From Alphaproteobacteria bacterium (GTDB lineage Bacteria; Pseudomonadota; Alphaproteobacteria; SP197), in the NCBI GenBank assembly GCA_965200215.1, contig OZ241369.1:1754-65753 (forward strand): a stretch of DNA of 64,000 nucleotides, read 5' to 3'. Position numbers and translations under genes: made by a program. Position 1 is the stretch's first letter; each line of letters starts with the position of its first letter. The notes under the pieces were generated by a model. The model saw only the letters and a list, made by a program, of their open reading frames with translations, was not told where the DNA came from and did no database searches. Shown here in pieces: positions 36,175 to 45,750 of the stretch.

Positions 36175-37881
36175 CTATTCCCCAACCAACCCCGCCCCCA
36201 CAAAGCGAATGCCGAAATTCGCCGGCGGCGGCGGCGCCTGCGCGTACAGCCGGGGCAGGTATCCCTCGCCGAACAGGTTGGTAACGGTCGGGTTGAAGCC
36301 CCGCCATCCGCGCACCGGCGCCTCGTTCTCCTCGCGGCCCAGGATGCGGACGCGGCCGAACTCCCACTCCACGGCGTAGCCGGCAACGGCGAGGTCCGGG
36401 CGCACGGTCACCAGATGGCTGACCGACCCCCGCAGCGTTTCCAGGTCGGCATGAAGCTCGTTGGCGAGGCCGGCCTGGCGATCGTAGAACGGCACCTTGC
36501 GGTGCAGGTAATAGTAGCCGGGCGTCTCCAGATAGTCGTTGTCGAGATCCCACACCGCCTTCACCCCGGGCGCGGCGGCCAGCCAGCGATAGGCGGCAAA
36601 CTCCGCATCCTGGCCGTGCAGGAATCTCACGGGGTGTCTCACGCCCACGCTGAACCTCTCCGTGAGCGCCTCGTCCCAGCGCGGCAACTGGTTCAGAATG
36701 CCGGCCACCGACGCCGCCGCGAACAGGACGCCCGCCAGCCCGTAGATCGGCGCTCGTTTGCCCGTGCGCTCGGCAAGACGGGCGACGAGGCCGGCCCCGA
36801 CCAGCAGCCACAGCGGAGCGAGGACGAACAGGTAGCGGTATTCCTTGTGCTCCTCGATGGAATGGGGCACCAGGATCAGGGCGATGAGGACGAGCAGAAA
36901 CCCGTAGCGGCGCAGGTCGAGCAGCGCCGCCGCCGCGCACAGCGCGCTCAGCCCGCCCCCGAGGAACAGGAGCCACACCAGATACTGGCCCCTCGGCCAG
37001 ACGTGCTCGACCCTGTGCCGGTCGATCGCGAGGTTGAATTCCAGATAGGTGCGGTAGGAGTGGAACAGCCCGCCGTCCCACGTCACGGCGTCGAACAGTC
37101 CGACCGCGAAGACGAACACGCTCGCCGCCGCCATGGCGTGCAGCCTGGCGGCCGTGCCGGCGCGCAGGAACCACAGGCCCAGCAGCGCCAGCGCCACCGG
37201 CGCATACTGGATCCGCACCGCCACCGTCAGCACCGCCAGGAAGGCGACCGTCCAGGCCGCCGCCGCCCCGTCCTTGCGCGGCGGGCGGACGCACAGCGCC
37301 AGCAGCGCCATCGCCAGGGCGGCGCCGACGAACTCGGTCATCGGCTTGTGGGCGAAACCGGCCAGCTCGTACCAGAACGCCCCCGCCACCAGCGCCACCC
37401 GCGCCGCCGCCTCGTCGAAATGCCGCCGCGCGAAGAAATACATCCCCGCCGGCACCGCCAGCGAGAGGGCGCAGAACGCCAGCTTGACCCCGCCGACATA
37501 CCAGGCCGGCTGCCCCAGCCCCACGGCGTCGAACAGGACCAGGATGCCGCCGATCAGGCCGGGGACGAGCCACGAGCGGGCGCCGTAGAAGAACTCCCAA
37601 TAGACGACGCCGTTGCCGAAGGCCAGCCGGTGCCCCTGCTCCAGATACTGCATGATCTCGTCGGGGTGTAGGACGAAATCGCCGTGGAGCGCGATAGCCG
37701 CCCGCGCCGCGAAGGCCAGCGCCAGCACCGGCCACAACCATCGCCACACCGGCCCGTCGCCCGCCCGCAAATGCAACAACCCATCCACCACCCCGCGCAG
37801 CCGCCCCAACCCACGCGGCCGCGAGGGCGCGGCGCGCTGCCTCCGCCGCGCCTTCCTCGCCTTTCTCTCCCTCTCAGCCAT
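36175..37881 (-). CDS. GT22-like mannosyltransferase, paralog 2 of 4.
   Basis: MAERERKARKARRRQRAAPS..., the HPDEIMQYLEQGH motif, 568 aa. N-terminal half nearly identical to paralog 4; C-terminal half nearly identical to paralog 3. Confidence 0.75.
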   Translation of the reverse strand: MAERERKARKARRRQRAAPSRPRGLGRLRGVVDGLLHLRAGDGPVWRWLWPVLALAFAARAAIALHGDFVLHPDEIMQYLEQGHRLAFGNGVVYWEFFYGARSWLVPGLIGGILVLFDAVGLGQPAWYVGGVKLAFCALSLAVPAGMYFFARRHFDEAAARVALVAGAFWYELAGFAHKPMTEFVGAALAMALLALCVRPPRKDGAAAAWTVAFLAVLTVAVRIQYAPVALALLGLWFLRAGTAARLHAMAAASVFVFAVGLFDAVTWDGGLFHSYRTYLEFNLAIDRHRVEHVWPRGQYLVWLLFLGGGLSALCAAAALLDLRRYGFLLVLIALILVPHSIEEHKEYRYLFVLAPLWLLVGAGLVARLAERTGKRAPIYGLAGVLFAAASVAGILNQLPRWDEALTERFSVGVRHPVRFLHGQDAEFAAYRWLAAAPGVKAVWDLDNDYLETPGYYYLHRKVPFYDRQAGLANELHADLETLRGSVSHLVTVRPDLAVAGYAVEWEFGRVRILGREENEAPVRGWRGFNPTVTNLFGEGYLPRLYAQAPPPPANFGIRFVGAGLVGE

Positions 37882-38056
37882 GCCCGCCCCCCGCCGTCAG
37901 GCACCACACCCCACCACCCGCGCCCCCCTGGGAGCGCCGGCGTCCCGCCGGCAAACGGGCCGAAGGCCCGTCAACGCACCACACGCTCACCGCCAGGCAC
38001 CACCCCCACCACCCGCTCCCACCGGCCACCGACCACTGGCTACTGGCCACTAACCA
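37882..38056 (+). repeat. Dispersed intergenic repeat copy, + orientation.
   Basis: CCCTGGGAGCGCCGGCGTCCCGCCGGCAAACGGGCCGAAGGCCCGTCAACGCACC plus CCGCTCCCACCGGCCACCGACCACTGGCTACTGGCCACTAACCACTATCC. Confidence 0.8.
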
Positions 38057-39823
38057 CTATCCACCCCCCACCCCCGCCTCCACAAAGCGAATCCCAAAAT
38101 TCCCCGCCGGCACAGGCGCTTCCGGATACAGCCGGCGCATGATCCCCTCCCCATAGGTGTGGGTGATGGTCGGCGTAAAGTCCCGCCATCCGCGCACCGC
38201 CGCCCCGTCCCCCTCGCGGCCCAGGATGCGGACCCGGCCGAACTCCCACTCCACGGCGTAGCCGGCAACGGCCAGGTCCGGGCGCACGGTCACCAGATGG
38301 CTGACCGACCCCCGCAGCGTCTCCGGGTCGCTATGCAGGTGGTTGGCGGCGCCCGCCGCCCGGTCGTAGAACGGCACTTTGCGGTGCAGGTAATAGTAGC
38401 CGGGCGTGTCCAGATAGTCGTGATCGAGGTCCCATACCGCTTGCACCCCGGGCGTGTCGGCCAGCCAGCGATAGGCGGCGAACGCCGGGTCCTGGCCGTA
38501 GAGGAACCGCACGGGGTGCCTTATGTCCGCGCTGATCCCCTCCGTGAGCGCCTCGTCCCAGCGCGGCAACAGGTTCAGGGCGCCGGCCACCGACACCGCC
38601 GCGAACAGGGTGCCGGCGGTCCCGTACACCAGCGCGGCCCTGCCTCCGCCCCCGCGCGCATCGGGGGCAGGGGAGGGGCGTCGCCCGGCCAGCCACGCCA
38701 CCGCGCCGGCCCCGACCAGCAGCCACAGCGGCACCGCCGCGAACACGAAGCGGTATTCCTTGTGCTCCTCGATGGAATGGGGCACGAGGATCAGGGCGAT
38801 GAGGACGAGCAGGAACCCGTAGCGGCGCAGGTCGAGCAGCGCCGCCGCCGCGCACAGCGCGCTCAGCCCGCCCCCGAGGAACAGGAGCCACACCAGATAC
38901 TGGCCCCTCGGCCAGATCCGCACGACCGCATCGCGGTCGATCGCGAGATTGAATTCCAGATAGGTGCGATAGGAATGAAACAGCCCGCCGTCCCACGTCA
39001 CGGCGTCGAACACGCCCACCGCGAAGAAGAACGCGCTCGCCGCCGCCATGGCGTGTAGCCTGGCGGCCGTGCCGGCCCGCAGGAACCACAGGCCCAGCAG
39101 CGCCAGCGCCACCGGCGCATACTGGATCCGCACCGCCACCGTCAGCACCGCCAGGAAGGCGACCAGCCACGCCGCTGCCGCCCCGTCGCCGCCCGCCGCC
39201 GCCCCACCGCCGCGCGGCGCCCGCATGAACAGCGCCAGCAGCGCCATCGCCAGGGCGGCGCCGACGAACTCGGTCATCGGCTTGTGGGCGAAGCCGGTCA
39301 GCTCGTACCAGAACGCCCCCGCCACCAGCGCCACCCGCGCCGCCGCCTCGTCGAAATGCCGCCGCGCGAAGAAATACATCCCCGCCGGCACCGCCAGCGA
39401 AAGGGCGCAGAACGCCAGCTTGACCCCGCCGACATACCAAGCCGGCTGCCCCAGCCCCACGGCGTCGAACAGGACCAGGATGCCGCCGATCAGGCCGGGG
39501 ACGAGCCACGAGCGGGCACCGTAGAAGAACTCCCAATAGACGACGCCGTTGCCGAAGGCCAGCCGGTGCCCCTGCTCCAGATACTGCATGATCTCGTCGG
39601 GGTGCAGGACGAAATCGCCGTGGAGCGCGATAGCCGCCCGCGCCGCGAAGGCCAGCGCCAGCACCGGCCACAACCATCGCCACACCGGCTCGTCACCCGC
39701 CCCCAAATGCAACAACCCATCCACCACCCCACCCAGGCGGGCCGCCCAGCGCCCGCGCGGCTGCGAGGGCGCAGCGCGCTGCCTCCGCCGCGCCCTCCTC
39801 GCCTTTCTCTCCCTCTCAGCCAT
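38057..39823 (-). CDS. GT22-like mannosyltransferase, paralog 3 of 4.
   Basis: ATG at 39823 (MAERERKARRARRRQRAAPSQ...), HPDEIMQYLEQGH, 588 aa. Contains a short insertion (RAPRGGGAAAGGDGAAAAW) relative to paralogs 2 and 4. Confidence 0.75.
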   Translation of the reverse strand: MAERERKARRARRRQRAAPSQPRGRWAARLGGVVDGLLHLGAGDEPVWRWLWPVLALAFAARAAIALHGDFVLHPDEIMQYLEQGHRLAFGNGVVYWEFFYGARSWLVPGLIGGILVLFDAVGLGQPAWYVGGVKLAFCALSLAVPAGMYFFARRHFDEAAARVALVAGAFWYELTGFAHKPMTEFVGAALAMALLALFMRAPRGGGAAAGGDGAAAAWLVAFLAVLTVAVRIQYAPVALALLGLWFLRAGTAARLHAMAAASAFFFAVGVFDAVTWDGGLFHSYRTYLEFNLAIDRDAVVRIWPRGQYLVWLLFLGGGLSALCAAAALLDLRRYGFLLVLIALILVPHSIEEHKEYRFVFAAVPLWLLVGAGAVAWLAGRRPSPAPDARGGGGRAALVYGTAGTLFAAVSVAGALNLLPRWDEALTEGISADIRHPVRFLYGQDPAFAAYRWLADTPGVQAVWDLDHDYLDTPGYYYLHRKVPFYDRAAGAANHLHSDPETLRGSVSHLVTVRPDLAVAGYAVEWEFGRVRILGREGDGAAVRGWRDFTPTITHTYGEGIMRRLYPEAPVPAGNFGIRFVEAGVGGG

Positions 39824-40000
39824 ACCCGCACCCCGCCCCCAGCCAGCCGTCCAGCCCACCCACGCACCGTTCCCCGAGCGCCGGCGCCCCGCCGGCAAAC
39901 GGGCCGAAGGCCCGTCAACGCACCACACGCTCACCGCCAGGCACCACCCCCACCACCCGCTCCCACCGGCCACCGACCACTGGCTACTGGCCACTAACCA
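39824..40000 (+). repeat. Dispersed intergenic repeat copy, + orientation.
   Basis: Near-identical to the 37882-38056 copy. Confidence 0.8.
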
Positions 40001-41692
40001 CTAACCACCCCCCACCCCCGCCCCCACAAAGCGAATCCCAAAATTCCCCGCCGGCACAGGCGCTTCCGGATACAGCCGGCGCATCAGCCCCTCCCCATAG
40101 GTGTGGGTGATGGTCGGCGTAAAGTCCCGCCATCCGCGCACCGCCGCCCCGTCCCCCTCGCGGCCCAGGATGCGGACGCCGCCGAACTCCCACTCCACCG
40201 CCCAGCCGGCAACGGCAAGGTCCGGGTCCTCGGTCACCAGGTGGCTGACCGAACCCAAGAGCGCCTCCAGGTCGCTATGCAGGTGGTTGGCGAAGCCGGT
40301 CACCCGGTCGTAGAACGGCACCTTGCGGTGCAGGTAATAGTAGCCGGGAAGGTCGTGATAGGGGCGGTCGACCTGCCACACCGCCAGGACCCCGGGCGCG
40401 TCGGCGAGGTAGCGGTAGGCGGCGAACACCGGGTCCTGCTCGCGGACGAACCGGATGGGGGTGGAGGCGTTCGCGCCCAGCCCTTCATCCTCGCCCGGCA
40501 GGACGTTCAGGATGCCGCCCACAGAGATCGCCGCGAACAGAACGCCGGCCGCCCCGAACACCAGGGCCCGCCGCCCTCCGGCGCGGTCGGCCAGCCGCGC
40601 CACGACGCCGGCGCCGGCGAGCAGCCACAGCGGCACCACCGCGAAGACGAAGCGGTATTCCTTATGCGGCTCCACGGTGTGAAGCAGCAGGATCACGGCG
40701 ATCAGCGCGAGCACCAACCCGTAGCGGCGCAGGTCGAACAGCGCCATCGCCACGCACAGCGCGCTCAACCCCGCCCCGGTCCACAGCAGCCACGGCAGAT
40801 ACTGATGGGTTGGCCAGGCCGCCCTGTCGATCGCCAGATTGAATGCGAGATTGGCGCGATAGGAGTGGAACAGCCCGCCGTCCCACGTCACGGCGTCGAA
40901 CACGCCCACCGCGAAGAAGAACACCGCCGCGGCGATGGCGGCGTGCATCTTCGCGGCCTTGCCGGCGCGCAGGAACCACAGGCCCAGCAACGCCAGCGCC
41001 ACGGGCGCGTATTGTATTCGCACTGCCGCCGTCAGCACCGCCAGCAGGGCGACCGTCCAGGCCGCCGCCGCCCCGTCCTTGCGCGGCGGGCGGACGCACA
41101 GCGCCAGCAGCGCCATCGCCAGGGCAGCGCCGACGAACTCGGTCATCGGCTTGTGGGCGAAGCCGGCCAGCTCGTACCAGAACGCCCCGGCCACCAGCGC
41201 CACCCGCGCCGCCGCTTCGTCGAAATGCCGCCGCGCGAAGAAGTACATCCCCGCCGGAACCGCCAGCGAGAGGGCGCAGAACGCCAGCTTGACCCCGCCG
41301 ACATACCAGGCCGGCTGCCCCAGCCCCACGGCGTCGAACAGGACCAGGATGCCGCCGATCAGGCCGGGGACGAGCCACGAGCGGGCACCGTAGAAGAACT
41401 CCCAATAGACGACGCCGTTGCCGAAGGCCAGCCGGTGCCCCTGCTCCAGATACTGCATGATCTCGTCGGGGTGCAGGACGAAATCGCCGTGGAGCGCGAT
41501 AGCCGCCCGCGCCGCGAAGGCCAGCGCCAGCACCGGCCACAACCATCGCCACACCGGCTCGTCACCCGCCCCCAAATGCAACAACCCATCCACCACCCCA
41601 CCCAGGCGGGCCGCCCAGCGCCCGCGCGGCTGCGAGGGCGCAGCGCGCTGCCTCCGCCGCGCCTTCCTCGCCCTTCTCTCCCTCTCAGCCAT
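40001..41692 (-). CDS. GT22-like mannosyltransferase, paralog 4 of 4.
   Basis: ATG at 41692 (MAERERRARKARRRQRAAPSQ...), HPDEIMQYLEQGH, 563 aa. Has a distinct central and C-terminal segment (QYLPWLLWTGAGLSALCVAMALFDL...). Confidence 0.75.
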   Translation of the reverse strand: MAERERRARKARRRQRAAPSQPRGRWAARLGGVVDGLLHLGAGDEPVWRWLWPVLALAFAARAAIALHGDFVLHPDEIMQYLEQGHRLAFGNGVVYWEFFYGARSWLVPGLIGGILVLFDAVGLGQPAWYVGGVKLAFCALSLAVPAGMYFFARRHFDEAAARVALVAGAFWYELAGFAHKPMTEFVGAALAMALLALCVRPPRKDGAAAAWTVALLAVLTAAVRIQYAPVALALLGLWFLRAGKAAKMHAAIAAAVFFFAVGVFDAVTWDGGLFHSYRANLAFNLAIDRAAWPTHQYLPWLLWTGAGLSALCVAMALFDLRRYGLVLALIAVILLLHTVEPHKEYRFVFAVVPLWLLAGAGVVARLADRAGGRRALVFGAAGVLFAAISVGGILNVLPGEDEGLGANASTPIRFVREQDPVFAAYRYLADAPGVLAVWQVDRPYHDLPGYYYLHRKVPFYDRVTGFANHLHSDLEALLGSVSHLVTEDPDLAVAGWAVEWEFGGVRILGREGDGAAVRGWRDFTPTITHTYGEGLMRRLYPEAPVPAGNFGIRFVGAGVGGG

Positions 41693-42017
41693 GCCCGCAC
41701 CCCGCCCCCAGCCAGCCGTCCAGCCCACCCACACACCGTTTCCCCGAGCGCCACCGCCAGGCACCCCCGCCAGCGTCACGCCCCCCGGCAGCACCCAACG
41801 CCCACCGCCAGGCACCGACTGAGCGTCCGCCCCCTGGGAGCGCCGGCGTCCCGCCGGCAAACGGGCCGCAAGGCCCGTCAACGCACAAGCGCCCACCGCC
41901 AGGCACCACACCCACCCCCGCTCCCACCGACCACTGGCCACTGGCTACTGGCCACTAACCACTAACCACTAACCACTAACCACTAACCACTAACCACTAA
42001 CCACTAACCACCCCCCA
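41693..42017 (+). repeat. Dispersed repeat (two cores) ending in a minisatellite of about 8 TAACCAC units (41941-42012).
   Basis: CCCCTGGGAGCGCCGGCGTCCCGCCGGCAAACGGGCCGCAAGGCCCGTCAACGCACAAGCGCCC... then CCACTGGCCACTGGCTACTGGCCACTAACCACTAACCACTAACCACTAACCACTAACCACTAACCACTAACCACTAACCACC. Confidence 0.85.
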
Positions 42018-43583
42018 TCATTCCGGCGCAGACAGCCAGAGGATCGGCCTCGGATTGTCGACGTACTGCCGCATCACGTGCCGCTTCTCCGCCCTCTGCT
42101 GCTCGAAGTTGGCCACATGCCAGCCGATCTGCGAGCGCTGCCACCAGGGAGCGCTCTCGGAGGCGCCATGCGCCTCCTGTTGCTCCAGCCAGCCCAGGAT
42201 GTTGTAGGACCAGGCGCCGACGAACTGCACCGCGACCGACCACAGCAGCGCCGCCCCGAACAGCGCCGCCACCCGCCGCCCGGCCATGACCCGTTCCATC
42301 GCCGGCAGCATCGACAGCGCCAGCAACGGCGCCGTATCGACGATCGACCGGTAGCCCCAGGCCGCCCCACCCCACCAATCGTACCACCGGGCGGCCACCA
42401 CGATCATCGCCAGAGCGGCGACCTGGAGCGGCACCAGAGGGCGCCAGCGCGCCTGCCTCCAGGCCAGCGCCATGCCCGCGAATCCGAACAGCAGCACCGG
42501 CGAATAGAACGCCAGGCCCCGTTGCGGGCTGACCAGCAGCCCCGGCAGGCTCTCCCACAGCGGCCCCGACCAGATGTCCCCGGACCCCGTGGTCAGGAGC
42601 GCGATGGCTCTCGACGCGATCGTCTGCCCGAACTCGAAGGGACTGCCGAACCACCAGGCGTTGTATGCGAACAGAACGACGGCGAAGGGCGCCCCGCCGG
42701 CGAGATAGGCGGGCAGGCGGCGCCGGTCCGCCCACAGCAGCCAGAGGCCCACGCACAGCGCCGCCAGGACGCTCGGAGGCCGGCACAGCACCGCCATCCC
42801 CAGCGCCGCCCCGCAACAGGCCCCGGGGCGCCGCCGTTCGGGAGAGGCGAGCAGGAAGAAGGCGCCCAGCGTCAGGAAGAAGGAGTTGGCCGGATGCTGC
42901 CACAGCGCCTGGCTGCTCACCGGCCAGGCGCAGCTTCCCAGCCCGAAGGCCAGGGCCACCAGCAGGGCCGGCAGGGGGGCGGCGAAGCGCCGCGCGGCCA
43001 GGAAGATCAGCAGCGCCGTGGCTGCGGTCAGCAGGGAGGCGGTCAGGGCGCCGCCATGCCACCACCAGTGGCGGTCGGCCTCGATGTCGGTGAACAGGTC
43101 GAGGGCGGCATAGACCGGCAGCCCGGTCAGCGCCGCCCCGATGCCGAAGGTGTTGACGAACACGCCCGGCTGCCTGCTTTCGACCACCCAGTAGCGCCCG
43201 GTTGGCACCAGCCGTCCCTGCTGGTACAGGGCGGCGGCCTCCCGGTTCCATTCGCTGACCCGGTTCCAGCTGTCGAGGATGGCGCCCTGCGCTTCCTCGC
43301 CGGCCTCTTCCAGCCTCCACCGGAAGGCGTCCGGCGCGTCCGCCGGCGTGAGCGAGAAGGAGTGCCGCTTCAGCAGGTTGACGCTGAACAGCATGTTGGC
43401 TTCCTGGTCGCCGCCGTAGAGAAAGTCGCCATTGCCCACATAGGCCCCGAAACAGGCCAGGAACAAAAGCGCGGGCAGAAGCATCCGCCGGCGGGGCTTC
43501 TCCACCGCCAGGCGCTGCGGCTTCGGCGCCGCAGCCCCGGGCCCAACCCGCCCCCGCACCTTTTTCCGGGCACTCCTCACCAC
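42018..43583 (-). CDS. Polytopic membrane protein, putative GT-C glycosyltransferase (ArnT/PMT-like); paralog A.
   Basis: 521 aa, more than 10 TM helices, N-terminal LLLPALLFLACFGAYVGNGDFLYGGDQEANMLFSVNLLKRHSF. GTG start. Near-identical core to paralog B. Family assignment is tentative. Confidence 0.6.
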   Translation of the reverse strand: MVRSARKKVRGRVGPGAAAPKPQRLAVEKPRRRMLLPALLFLACFGAYVGNGDFLYGGDQEANMLFSVNLLKRHSFSLTPADAPDAFRWRLEEAGEEAQGAILDSWNRVSEWNREAAALYQQGRLVPTGRYWVVESRQPGVFVNTFGIGAALTGLPVYAALDLFTDIEADRHWWWHGGALTASLLTAATALLIFLAARRFAAPLPALLVALAFGLGSCAWPVSSQALWQHPANSFFLTLGAFFLLASPERRRPGACCGAALGMAVLCRPPSVLAALCVGLWLLWADRRRLPAYLAGGAPFAVVLFAYNAWWFGSPFEFGQTIASRAIALLTTGSGDIWSGPLWESLPGLLVSPQRGLAFYSPVLLFGFAGMALAWRQARWRPLVPLQVAALAMIVVAARWYDWWGGAAWGYRSIVDTAPLLALSMLPAMERVMAGRRVAALFGAALLWSVAVQFVGAWSYNILGWLEQQEAHGASESAPWWQRSQIGWHVANFEQQRAEKRHVMRQYVDNPRPILWLSAPE

Positions 43584-43804
43584 CGCCTCCCCATCCCTCG
43601 CCAGTGTTTAGGTTCGAAAATGGGCAGGCACCGCTCGCCACCACCCCCAGGCACTGCCCAGGCAGCCCGCCCCCGGCGGGCCATCCGGCCCGTCAACGCA
43701 CCACACGCCCACCGCCAGGCACCACCACCAGCCATCCACTCTCACCGACCACTGGCCACTGGCCACCGACCACTAGCCACCGACCACTAGCCACTAACCC
43801 CCCA
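43584..43804 (+). repeat. Dispersed repeat with head hairpin (GGTTCGAAAATGGGCAGGCACCGCTCGCC), core and tail; + orientation.
   Basis: Head, core GGCGGGCCATCCGGCCCGTCAACGCACC, tail CCACTCTCACCGACCACTGGCCACTGGCCACCGACCACTAGCCACCGACCACTAGCCACTAACC. Confidence 0.78.
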
Positions 43805-45331
43805 TCATTCCCCCACAGACAGCCAGAGGATCGGCCCCGATTTGCCGGCATAGTCCCGCATGATCGCCTGCTTCAGCGCCCTCTGCGGCCCGAAATGGGC
43901 CACATGCCAGACGATCTGCGGGCGCGTCCACTGCCACAGGCTGGCCTTGTCCGGATCGTCGTGCTCCTGCCACTGTTTCATCCAGCCCACCTGGCTGTAG
44001 GACCAGGCGCCGACGAACTGCACCGCGACCGACCACAGCAGCGCCACCCCGAACAGCGCCGCCACCCGCCGCCCGGCCATGACCCGCTCCATCGCCGGCA
44101 GCATCGACAGCGCCAGCAGCGGCGCCGTATCGACGATCGACCGGTAGCCCCAGGCCGCACCGCCCCACCAGTCATACCACCGGGCGGCCACCACGATCAT
44201 CGCCAGGGCGGCGACCTGGAGCGGCACCAGAGGGCGCCAGCGCGCCTGCCTCCAGGCCAGCGCCATGCCCGCGAATCCGAACAGCAGCACCGGCGAATAG
44301 AACGCCAGCCCCCGTTGCGGGCTGAACAGCAGCCCCGGCAGGCTCTCCCACAGCGGCCCCGACCAGATGTCCCCGGACCCCGTCAGCGCCAGCGCGATGG
44401 CCCGCGACGATATTGTCTGCCCGAACTCGAAGGGGCTGCCGAACCACCAGGCGTTGTATGCGAACAGAACGACGGCGAAGGGCAGACCGCCGGCGAGATA
44501 GGCGGGCAGGCGGCGCCGGTCCGACCACAGCAGCCAGAGGCCCACGCACAGCGCCGCCAGGGCGCTCGGAGGCCGGCACAACACCGCCATCCCCAGCGCC
44601 GCCCCGCAATAGGCCCCATGGCGCCGCCGTTCGGGAGAGGCGAGCAGGAAGAAGGCGCCCAGCGTCAGGAAGAAGGAGTTGGCCGGATGCTGCCACAGCG
44701 CCTGGCTGCTCACCGGCCAGGCGCAGCTTCCCAGCCCGAACGCCAGGGCCACCAGCAGGGCCGGCAAGGGGGCGACGAAGCGCCGCGCGGCCAGGAAGAT
44801 CAGCAGCGCTGTGGCTGCGGTCAACAGGGAGGCGGTCAGGGCGCCGCCATGCCACCACCACCAGCGGTCGGCCTCGATGTCGGTGAACAGGTCGAGGGCG
44901 GCATAGACCGGCAGCCCGGTCAGCGCCGCCCCGATGCCGAAGGTGTTGACGAACACACCCGGCTGCGCGGTCGTGGCCAGATAATGGGCATAGGCGGTCG
45001 GCACCAGCCGCCCCTGCTCCCAGAGCGCGGCGTCGAAGGCGACGGCCCGCCCTTCCTCCGCCAGCTTCCAGTGGAAGGAGGCCGGCGCGTCCGCCAGGGT
45101 GAGCGAGAAGGAGTGCCGCTTCAGCAGGTTGACGCTGAACAGCATGTTGCCTTCCTGGTCGCTGCCGTAGAGGAAGTCGCCATTGCCCACATAGGCCCCG
45201 AAACAGGCCAGGAACAAAAGCGCGGGCAGGAGCATCCGCCGGCGGGGCTTCTCCACCGCCCGGCGCTGCGGCCCGGGCGGTGCCTGCCCAGCCCGCCCCC
45301 GCACCCTTTTTCGGGCACTTCTCACCACCAC
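43805..45331 (-). CDS. Polytopic membrane protein, putative GT-C glycosyltransferase; paralog B (tandem duplicate of 42018..43583).
   Basis: About 85% identical to paralog A over the TM core, with divergent N-proximal loop and C-terminal tail. Probable GTG start near 45325-45331 (VVVRSARKRVRG). Confidence 0.6.
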   Translation of the reverse strand: MVVRSARKRVRGRAGQAPPGPQRRAVEKPRRRMLLPALLFLACFGAYVGNGDFLYGSDQEGNMLFSVNLLKRHSFSLTLADAPASFHWKLAEEGRAVAFDAALWEQGRLVPTAYAHYLATTAQPGVFVNTFGIGAALTGLPVYAALDLFTDIEADRWWWWHGGALTASLLTAATALLIFLAARRFVAPLPALLVALAFGLGSCAWPVSSQALWQHPANSFFLTLGAFFLLASPERRRHGAYCGAALGMAVLCRPPSALAALCVGLWLLWSDRRRLPAYLAGGLPFAVVLFAYNAWWFGSPFEFGQTISSRAIALALTGSGDIWSGPLWESLPGLLFSPQRGLAFYSPVLLFGFAGMALAWRQARWRPLVPLQVAALAMIVVAARWYDWWGGAAWGYRSIVDTAPLLALSMLPAMERVMAGRRVAALFGVALLWSVAVQFVGAWSYSQVGWMKQWQEHDDPDKASLWQWTRPQIVWHVAHFGPQRALKQAIMRDYAGKSGPILWLSVGE

Positions 45332-45359
45332 CGCCTCCCGGGAGCCGACCCGATCGCAT

Positions 45360-45700
45360 GATAGCCGGGAAGCCTGAAGCCGGGCAGCCCGCCCCCGGCG
45401 GGCCATCCGGCCCGCCCATACACCATCCCCCCGAGCGCCGGCGTCCCGCCGGCAACGGGCCGAAGGCCCGCCAACGCACCGCCCCCACCGCCAGGCGCCA
45501 TCCCCCATTTCCCGCTCTCACTGACTACCAGCCACTGGCCACTGGTCACAAGCCAGAGCCCCGCCGGCAAACGGGCCGAAGGCCCGCCAACGCACCACCC
45601 CCCACCGCCAGGCACCACACCCCACCACCCGCTCTCACTAACCACTAGCCACTAGCCACTGGCACCACCGCCTGCCACTCACAGCCCCGCCACGCTTGGC
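45360..45700 (+). repeat. Dispersed repeat, two or three core units plus tail, + orientation.
   Basis: GGCGGGCCATCCGGCCCGCC, GAGCGCCGGCGTCCCGCCGGCAACGGGCCGAAGGCCCGCCAACGCACC and GCCGGCAAACGGGCCGAAGGCCCGCCAACGCACC, tail CCGCTCTCACTAACCACTAGCCACTAGCCACTGGC. Confidence 0.8.
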
Positions 45701-45750
45701 CACCCGCGCCCCATGCGCTAAGGTAGCGAACGAGACCGGCGGAAACCGCC

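Noticed and set aside
40103-41965. 620-aa + ORF (and similar + ORFs at 36415, 38159, 42078, 43604) opposite the GT arrays
   Set aside because: They are antisense to well-supported membrane protein genes, Arg/Gln/Pro-rich and low-complexity.
43600-43640. GGTTCGAAAATGG and CGGTTTGAAAATGGG as possible tRNA T-arms
   Set aside because: There is no acceptor or anticodon arm context. The sequence is the head hairpin of the dispersed repeat, and no tRNA-like cloverleaf can be built.
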